From positions 20,904 to 84,903 of the forward strand of contig DIVY01000024.1 of NCBI GenBank assembly GCA_002422535.1: a DNA stretch of 64,000 bases, written 5' to 3'. Below are positions 57,660-64,000 of this stretch, piece by piece. How positions within the stretch are numbered: the stretch's first letter is position 1; every line of letters starts with the position of its first letter. Source of the DNA: Bacillales bacterium UBA6120 (GTDB lineage: Bacteria; Bacillota_I; Bacilli_A; RFN20; CAG-826). The notes beneath the pieces were generated by a model. The model was not told the origin of the DNA, searched no databases, and worked only from the letters and a program-made list of their open reading frames with translations. The position numbers were made by a program, and so were the translations under genes.

Positions 57660-58805
57660 TTAGACTACTGATTTTTCTATTTCAAATTCTTTTTGATGTT
57701 GGAAGCGTTTTATGTCAAGTGTGGTAACATCCACGCTGGTGGGTTCACCTAAAATGATTTCGGATAATAGAAGACCCGTCATAGGGGCTAGCATAAAGCC
57801 GTGACCTGAAAAGCCACAAGCTACAAAGAATCCTTGTAGTTCATCAGTGGCACTGATGATTGGTTGGCGGTCGGGTGACATGTTATATGATCCACCCCAT
57901 TGGCGCACGACGCGTAAGTTTCCCAAAACGGGCATGATGTGAATCGCCGTTTTCGCCATTTCATCTAAAAATTGCCAAGTTGAGTGAATTTGGTGACCTT
58001 TTTCAACATTAGGGTCGCTTCGTCCCATTAAGAAAGAACCATGAGGCACTTGCTGGCAATAGATGTTTTTAGAAAACGACATGACCATCGGTCCTTGCAT
58101 TTTTTCGATTGGTTCGGTCGCTAATATTTGATGGTTTTCTGAATATACAGGGATGTCGATGCCCGCCATGAGGCCGACTTCTTTACTATAGCCACCGGCG
58201 GCGTTAACAACGATATTTGTGTTGTAAGTGTCTTTGTTGGTTCTAACGCCAATCACTTTATGATTCACAGTCATTATTTCTAATGCTTCTTCGAAGAAGT
58301 TAAAGGTGACTCCTAATTTTTTAGCGGCCTGCATATAGGCGTCAGTCATTTTAAAAGGATTAAGATGGCCGTCGATGGCACAGAAAGTAGCGGAGACAAA
58401 AGCATCAGGATTAAGATGAGGAACGATTTTTAGGGCCTCGTCTTTATTCAAATACTGAGAAGGAATATCCATACTATTTTGAAGTTTGACATTAGCTTTA
58501 AACTCAAGATCTTCATTTTCAGTCGTTGCTAAAATGAGGTAACCTTCTTGCTTAAATTCAATGTCGCCTTTATATTCTAAAATATCTTTAGCTTGTTCAA
58601 AAAACGCGATGCTTTTCTTGGCTAATAGACAATTTAACGGAGTGGCCCATTGCGACCTAACTCCAGCCCCACATCGTCCCGTCGCTCCTGAAGTAAAATA
58701 ACCTTTATCAATGACTATGATGTTTTTAACGCCTTTTTTAGCGAGGTTATAGGCGATGCTGACACCACTGATGCCGGCCCCAATTATTACAACGTTTTTA
58801 TTCAT
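57660..58805 (-). CDS. FAD-dependent oxidoreductase (DAO family; sarcosine oxidase beta / proline dehydrogenase beta-like)
   Basis: VVIIGAGISGVS dinucleotide fold directly after ATG 58805. The listed TTG 58883 start would overlap the upstream gene. Confidence 0.8.
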   Translation of the reverse strand: MNKNVVIIGAGISGVSIAYNLAKKGVKNIIVIDKGYFTSGATGRCGAGVRSQWATPLNCLLAKKSIAFFEQAKDILEYKGDIEFKQEGYLILATTENEDLEFKANVKLQNSMDIPSQYLNKDEALKIVPHLNPDAFVSATFCAIDGHLNPFKMTDAYMQAAKKLGVTFNFFEEALEIMTVNHKVIGVRTNKDTYNTNIVVNAAGGYSKEVGLMAGIDIPVYSENHQILATEPIEKMQGPMVMSFSKNIYCQQVPHGSFLMGRSDPNVEKGHQIHSTWQFLDEMAKTAIHIMPVLGNLRVVRQWGGSYNMSPDRQPIISATDELQGFFVACGFSGHGFMLAPMTGLLLSEIILGEPTSVDVTTLDIKRFQHQKEFEIEKSVV

Positions 58806-59079
58806 CGGATTTATCTTCCAATATCTCTTTAAGCTTGACGCCAAGTAACATTGGGCGTGGCTTTTGCGTCTTAATGTCTTCAATCAATTTGTTTAATCGT
58901 TGAGCAAGACGCGTTTGGATTAAATGGCCACATGTATTACCCTGGCACGGACCCATGCCCACTCTTAAAAGGCGCTTTAAATCTTCAAACGTGGTAAACC
59001 CGTTATCAATCGCTTCATCGATCTGGGCTATGGTAATGTCTTCGCAGCGACAGATGATGATTTTACTAGTATCACTCAT
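58798..59079 (-). CDS. BFD-like [2Fe-2S]-binding domain protein
   Basis: ..ICRCEDIT...GMGPCQGNTC.. four-Cys pattern. The start is set at ATG 59079, with an 8-nt overlap to both neighbouring genes. Confidence 0.7.
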   Translation of the reverse strand: MSDTSKIIICRCEDITIAQIDEAIDNGFTTFEDLKRLLRVGMGPCQGNTCGHLIQTRLAQRLNKLIEDIKTQKPRPMLLGVKLKEILEDKSDE

Positions 59080-59548
59080 GGCGCTTAATGGTCGAAAACT
59101 CATACAGATATTGTTTTGGTATGAGGACCGTGACGAGGGCGGTTTTGACATTAGGATTGATTTGAACGGATTTGATCTCGGCTTCGCAGATGATGTCACC
59201 ACTTCGATTAAGACCATGCCAAATTTCACCTTTAAGGGGGGAGGGCTTAAACTCATAGGGAATTTTAAATAACGCCTGATTGTTTATTAATTGCGCGACG
59301 GTAATTGCCAGCCCAGGGCAGGCGATAACGCATTGGCCACAGCCGGTGCATTTGTCAGTAAGAAGATAAGGCATGGAAGTCACCCCATCTTCGATGACAA
59401 TCGCGTCAAAGGGACAACTAGTAGCGCAGGGATTACATGGTATACATTCAAAACATTCTAAAATCGCTTTCGGCTTTTTTAGTGTTTCTTCACTTGGAAA
59501 TTTTGAAGCGATCATATCCTTGGTTGCAACACCAGTTTTAATTAGCAT
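59072..59548 (-). CDS. 4Fe-4S dicluster ferredoxin-domain protein
   Basis: CIPCNPCATSCP and CTGCGQCVIACP motifs. Confidence 0.8.
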   Translation of the reverse strand: MLIKTGVATKDMIASKFPSEETLKKPKAILECFECIPCNPCATSCPFDAIVIEDGVTSMPYLLTDKCTGCGQCVIACPGLAITVAQLINNQALFKIPYEFKPSPLKGEIWHGLNRSGDIICEAEIKSVQINPNVKTALVTVLIPKQYLYEFSTIKRHE

Positions 59549-60629
59549 AGGGGCCTCCGCCGAGCTTTTTAAGTCCGGCTAACGTCTTTTCACCATAACT
59601 AGAATGTCTTAGTATTTCTAATTCATGGTGATACATTTTTATTAGTTCATCGTGATTTGGATGCGGATGTTCCAAATGCTTCAAGGCGCCTAATCCGGCG
59701 ATATAGCCATTCATCATGGCCGAGGAGGCTTCTTCGATGCCACTGACATCGCCACACGCGAATATATTGGGGTTAGAAGTTTGGTTCAGATTGTTTAATA
59801 CGGGAACGCGGCCCCCCAGTTCTTTAATGTATTTCATAGCGACTTCCATCATCCCTAAAAGTTGTGATAAAGGCGATAGTCCCACGGCAATGCATAACGC
59901 TTTTGTTTTAATGATTGACGTTTCGTTTTCAAGCTCTTTAAAATCATCGGTTAATTTAACGATTTCCACGGCTTCTAAATGATCTTTGCCGATTGCTCGT
60001 TTTATGGTGTGTTGCATATAAAAGGGAACCCCGAGTCGTTTTAGTTTGGAAGCGTGGACTTTGTAGCCGCCAATGATTGAGGCCGCTTCCACGATCCCTT
60101 TAACTTTTACGCCCGCTTGTAAAAGTTGATAAGAGACAATGAGGCCAATATTGCCACTTCCTACCATCAACACTTCGTCTTCAGGAACGATGCCATATAA
60201 ATTCATGAGCGTTTGGATGGCTCCGGCTCCATAGATCCCGGGTAAATCGTTATTTTCAAACGCCAAAGCTTTTTCAGAAGCGCCGGTGGCGATAATGAAT
60301 GCTTTGGCTTTGTATTTTAGATATCTTTCTTCTTTGACGACGGTTATCACGTGGTCTTTATAAATACCGGCGACGGTCGCGCCTAGTAGTATCTCAATAT
60401 TTGGTTTATCGTTAATATCGTTAATCAGAATCTTGGCGATTTCAAATCCCCGGTTTTTGGCGTATTGCTTCTCAGATCCAAAAAACTTGTGGGTTTGTTT
60501 GACGAGTTGCCCACCCAAGTGATGGTCGCGGTCTACGAGTAAAACGGAGACGTCTTGATCGGCCAATATTTTAGCGGCGCATAATCCGGCGGGACCGCCA
60601 CCAATAATGATGACATCTTTATAAATCAT
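59538..60629 (-). CDS. NAD(P)/FAD-dependent pyridine nucleotide-disulfide oxidoreductase-like subunit
   Basis: VIIIGGGPAGLCAA (FAD) and a second Rossmann motif, MVGSGNIGL. Confidence 0.8.
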   Translation of the reverse strand: MIYKDVIIIGGGPAGLCAAKILADQDVSVLLVDRDHHLGGQLVKQTHKFFGSEKQYAKNRGFEIAKILINDINDKPNIEILLGATVAGIYKDHVITVVKEERYLKYKAKAFIIATGASEKALAFENNDLPGIYGAGAIQTLMNLYGIVPEDEVLMVGSGNIGLIVSYQLLQAGVKVKGIVEAASIIGGYKVHASKLKRLGVPFYMQHTIKRAIGKDHLEAVEIVKLTDDFKELENETSIIKTKALCIAVGLSPLSQLLGMMEVAMKYIKELGGRVPVLNNLNQTSNPNIFACGDVSGIEEASSAMMNGYIAGLGALKHLEHPHPNHDELIKMYHHELEILRHSSYGEKTLAGLKKLGGGPYAN

Positions 60630-60931
60630 TTGATGACCCCTTTGTTCTTTTGAATTTCCACGCGCATGTTTTCTTTAATGGGGGTGATACAAGTCCTAAC
60701 GTTATCGACGCCATCGACGCGCATGTGGCAGGAGCCGCAGTTGCCGATACCGCAGTAAAATCCACGAGGCCGTTTTAGCCTTTGGCTATAGCTTAAAGTC
60801 TTGATGCCAGCGTGATGGAGGGCGAAGGCAATCATGTCGCCTTCTTTTCCGGCAACAGGTCGCCCTTCAAAGTAAAAAGTGATGTCTCTTTTATCGTCAA
60901 AGTTCAAGATGGGGTGGTTTTTAATTCTCAC
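60626..60931 (-). CDS. (2Fe-2S)-binding protein (HcnA / SoxA N-terminal-like)
   Basis: ..FYCGIGNCGSCHMRVDGVDNVRTC.. cysteine pattern; 101 aa; GTG start. Confidence 0.75.
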   Translation of the reverse strand: MRIKNHPILNFDDKRDITFYFEGRPVAGKEGDMIAFALHHAGIKTLSYSQRLKRPRGFYCGIGNCGSCHMRVDGVDNVRTCITPIKENMRVEIQKNKGVIK

Positions 60932-60975
60932 ATCATCGCCTCATAAATGTCGTTTGGATACATTTTATCACAGTT

Positions 60976-60991
60976 TGATAAAGCGCTTACA
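60976..60991. promoter_or_regulatory. cre-like palindrome upstream of the minus-strand Fe-S flavoprotein operon
   Basis: tgataaagcgcttaca centred on AGCGCT. On the minus strand it reads ttgtaagcgctttat, one mismatch from WTGNAANCGNWNNCW, and precedes a TGaTAAAAT extended -10. Confidence 0.35.
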
Positions 60992-61314
60992 AACGCGCTA
61001 AATTCTAATATACTCCACGAATTTCTTTATTCAATAATTAGTGGCATTGATGAGATAAAAACATTCATTTCTATCAATCCAAATGAAGCTAAAGTCGCAT
61101 AGTCACGAGGTTAAGTGGCACCGAATAGGCCGTTTAATATCTGGACAGCGCGATTTGACTAAGTGATAATTTATTTATAAAACACTTCAATTCAATGTTG
61201 ATAATGCGGTTATTCAAAAAATTGTCAAAGGCAAATATTAAGAAAAGCGCCGATAATATTTCTATAACCATGATCAAGCAGTGATCATAAATAAATTAGC
61301 GTTGAGGTATTTCC

Positions 61315-61557
61315 ATGGGAATAATGACCACCTAATAATTAGTTTTAAAACCTTACACGGAACGCGATGAAAAAGCGATGATTGGTCATTTATTTAATAA
61401 GGGTTATAAAGAAGTGATTGCTGGGGCGTTTAAACACAACATTGCTAGCATTAATGGGCTACAAAAATGTGGCATGAAACCGATAGCTAAAAAAGAAAGG
61501 ATTACTTACCACAATAATATTTACGAATGTGTCTACGTCGCAACCTTTCGACCATAG
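61315..61557 (+). pseudogene. Degraded GNAT (RimJ/RimL-like) acetyltransferase gene
   Basis: MGIMTT, then TAA TAA (61333-61338), then LVLKPYTERDEKAM joined directly to a C-terminal GNAT tail (..AGAFKHNIASINGLQKCGMKP..). The central ~100 residues of a normal GNAT are absent. Confidence 0.6.
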
Positions 61558-61612
61558 AGTATAAGTATTTTTGGTTATCTTCCCCGCGATATGCGACAAT
61601 TAAAAACAAACC

Positions 61613-63235
61613 ATGATTCAAACATTTATGAACAACAAAATTAAGTTCTTAATCGCAATCGGGGCCCTGATTTTAAGCAGTTGTGATTTATCCTTTGTGG
61701 CATCAAGCACTTCCACAATGGAGACATCGACTACCACTAGCGAAATAAGTTCCATCCCCGTCGACTTTTCTTCACAAATCGAAGCTTTAACCATTGATGC
61801 GGACTATATTAACGAAAACTATCTCCTTCCAACATTGGCTGATAGCGGCACAATGGTTTCTTGGTCGTGCGAAGATATGGAAATAGATGATGGTGTTCTT
61901 ATTTATTCTAACCCCTCATTTGATTATTTAACTTCCATTGACGCCACGATATCCAAAGGTGGGAGCGCTTATACGCACACGCAATCGCTACTGGTGAAAA
62001 GCCAAAGAAATGCTCCCATCACTAGCGAAATGCCCCAGCTCAATTTAACGCTTGCTAACGATTTGCAAGAACCTGACATATATTATGAAGATTACATTCG
62101 TGGTGTGGCTAACCTTGATCACACTGTCAATGGCGCCCGCGAAAACACACCGCTTATTTCCCCGTTTGGAATTAGGATTCGCGGCAATTCAACGCGATAT
62201 TTTCCCAAACGTTCGTATCGATTAAGATTCGATCAAAACACAGCACTACTTGGCATGGCAGCGGCTAAAAACTACATCTTATTAGCCAACCATATCGATA
62301 AATCGCTTATACGTAACGGCGTTGCTCAATTTTTAAGTTACTTATATCCCGAAACGATGCATCCACTTGACTTCCGCTTCATTGAATTAACCATCAATCG
62401 CGAATATATGGGGCAATATTTTATGATGGAACGCGTCGAGTTTCAAAAGAATCGCTGGAATATCGAATCTGATTTAATGCTTGACGATGCGGGGTTCCTT
62501 CTAGAACTCGATTATCGGGCGTTCGAAAACGGGGATGGTGTCGAAGATGGTAATTTCTTCTGGCTTGATTATCGGCCGTATTTTATCCGCGAGCCAGATT
62601 ATGTTGATCCATTATATGTGCCTGCGCGCCACACCCGATACATTAAGGAATATATGTTTTCTGTTAACGATGCGCTTAATAATGGGCTTGGTTACGAATC
62701 GTTAATCGATGTCGATAATTTCATCGATTTCTTTATGCTTCAGGAAATTATGAAAAATGTCGATGTAAATTTCGGGTCCCTGTATCTTTTCAAGGAAACG
62801 GGGCAACCGCTTCGAATGAGCCCCTTATGGGATTTTGATATTTCGCTAGGCAATGGCGATTACTTCCCTTCGCAAGCGGAAGGCCATTGGGGCTGGACCG
62901 ACTTTTGGGGCGACTTCGACAACAACAACAACCTTTTTTTTACAAAACTTATGGAAATTCCCACCTTTAGAAATCAATTCATAGCGAGATTAAATGATTT
63001 TCAAAATCGGGTCCTTCCAATTCTAAATGCTTGGCTTGATGCCAATCATCAACGCTTAATTGATAATGCCGCGCGCAATCTAGAAAAATGGCCACTGGAA
63101 CTTTGTGATGGTCCATGGTGCCCGATTCCCATTGAGCAACGCGAATTTGAAACATATGAACAACATCTTGATTTTGTTAAGAACTTCATCAACACACGCG
63201 TTGAATGGATGCTAAACAACATTACTTTGTTGTAA
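61613..63235 (+). CDS. CotH-family lipoprotein
   Basis: Lipobox ALILSSC and the CotH hallmark ..IRIRGNSTRYFPKRSYRLRFD.., with downstream CotH-like blocks. Confidence 0.75.
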   Translation: MIQTFMNNKIKFLIAIGALILSSCDLSFVASSTSTMETSTTTSEISSIPVDFSSQIEALTIDADYINENYLLPTLADSGTMVSWSCEDMEIDDGVLIYSNPSFDYLTSIDATISKGGSAYTHTQSLLVKSQRNAPITSEMPQLNLTLANDLQEPDIYYEDYIRGVANLDHTVNGARENTPLISPFGIRIRGNSTRYFPKRSYRLRFDQNTALLGMAAAKNYILLANHIDKSLIRNGVAQFLSYLYPETMHPLDFRFIELTINREYMGQYFMMERVEFQKNRWNIESDLMLDDAGFLLELDYRAFENGDGVEDGNFFWLDYRPYFIREPDYVDPLYVPARHTRYIKEYMFSVNDALNNGLGYESLIDVDNFIDFFMLQEIMKNVDVNFGSLYLFKETGQPLRMSPLWDFDISLGNGDYFPSQAEGHWGWTDFWGDFDNNNNLFFTKLMEIPTFRNQFIARLNDFQNRVLPILNAWLDANHQRLIDNAARNLEKWPLELCDGPWCPIPIEQREFETYEQHLDFVKNFINTRVEWMLNNITLL

Positions 63236-63356
63236 TGAGCGAAGTTTAATTTAGTGAGATAATTACTGCCTAATTCATCAAAATTAATCAGATAAAGCCA
63301 GATTTTTGGTTTATCTTTTTAACGAAGACTTATAATATAATTATATTGATACTAAT

Positions 63357-64000
63357 ATGGGAGGCAGTTATAGTTTGAAAATTCATTTTACCAACGCTAG
63401 TTTTCTTGATTTATCGCTCGAAGCCATTGATCGAATTTCACGAGCCGAAGAAAATGAATATTACCCCATTTTTTGTCGCACCCTTGGCGAAGGCTTTAAA
63501 TGGGATTATGGCGAAGTTTGGATTAGAGACACGATTAAACCACTACTGATCAAAAGCGATATTAATTACACGACCGATGAACGAAGCGAAATTTTTGCGC
63601 GAGCACCCAAGCGGGCTTCGTTTGCTTATGGTGAAGGCTTTCCAGGCATTGCTTGGGAAGCTAAGAAGATTGTATGGTTCAGTGATTTCTTGCACAATAA
63701 GCAATTTATTAGAAGCAAAGAGGCGATGAAAGCCGGTTTCAAAACGTGCTGCGCTATTCCTGTTCTAGCGGAGAACTATGTCGATGCCGTCATTCTTTTT
63801 TTTAGCAGAAAACCACTTGAAGAAAACACAAAATTAAACAAACTTTTGGAAATATTGAGTTCCAAAATCGGCACCCACATTCTCAAAAAACAATTAGCAG
63901 GGCTGGTTGAAAATTATCGGGAAGAAGCTTCTAGGAATATTGAACTAATATCCAAGATATTCTCTCTTAGAGACCCTTATACCATTACGCACGAGATTTT
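63357..64000 (+). CDS. GAF-domain protein entering an HD/HD-GYP-type domain (3' end outside the window)
   Basis: The frame is open from ATG 63357 (or TTG 63375, after GGGAGG) to the window end. GAF-like ..GEGFPGIAWEAKKIVWFSD..AGFKTCCAIPV.. is followed by ..LRDPYTITHE at the edge. Confidence 0.5.
   Translation, partial: MGGSYSLKIHFTNASFLDLSLEAIDRISRAEENEYYPIFCRTLGEGFKWDYGEVWIRDTIKPLLIKSDINYTTDERSEIFARAPKRASFAYGEGFPGIAWEAKKIVWFSDFLHNKQFIRSKEAMKAGFKTCCAIPVLAENYVDAVILFFSRKPLEENTKLNKLLEILSSKIGTHILKKQLAGLVENYREEASRNIELISKIFSLRDPYTITHEI

Noticed and set aside
59080-59256. Upstream 59 codons of the listed ORF 58798..59256
   Set aside because: This part fully overlaps the 3' end of the 4Fe-4S gene in another frame. 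The BFD-like domain begins right after ATG 59079.
1-64000. Genome-wide TGA=Trp recoding (Mycoplasma-type code 4)
   Set aside because: Several conserved genes end at TGA at their expected lengths (for example 1794..2306, 21382..22113, 59072..59548), and all long ORFs are intact under the standard code. The single in-frame TGA at 35134 is treated as a local event.

Overview
This is a 64-kb chromosomal segment from a low-to-moderate GC Bacillota-type genome using the standard code (TGA is a stop). It has many lipobox lipoproteins, two fused MacB-type ABC pumps, a surface endonuclease and a minimal SRP RNA of about 79 nt. These make me suspect an Acholeplasma-like Mollicute or a close relative, at low confidence. 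Positions 1-23.4 kb are mostly housekeeping: serS, an SRP RNA hidden under an ORF call, tadA, psuG, mscL, DegV, pmbA/tldD, rpmE, metG and rlmD. Positions 23.4-27.0 kb form a visibly AT-richer accessory island at the 3' end of rlmD. It is bounded by a decayed second copy of the rlmD tail and carries a DUF4143-type ATPase gene followed by an HExxH protein gene. After it come an orphan luxE/luxC-like pair, a zone of gene remnants, and a MacB-type ABC pump with a two-component system. Positions 36-57.6 kb form a large glycan-utilisation region. It holds four GH32-fold paralogues plus one further beta-propeller-like protein, an FGGY kinase, an Opp-type ABC importer, two paralogous surface proteins, a LacI regulator with a shared 14-bp operator motif, and a Cys-type sulfatase with its radical-SAM maturase. 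A five-gene Fe-S flavoprotein dehydrogenase cluster, a GNAT pseudogene, a CotH-family lipoprotein and a truncated GAF/HD-GYP gene close the window. I found no rRNA, tRNA, CRISPR array, recombinase or transposase. All family assignments come from motif reading by eye and need HMM or BLAST confirmation.
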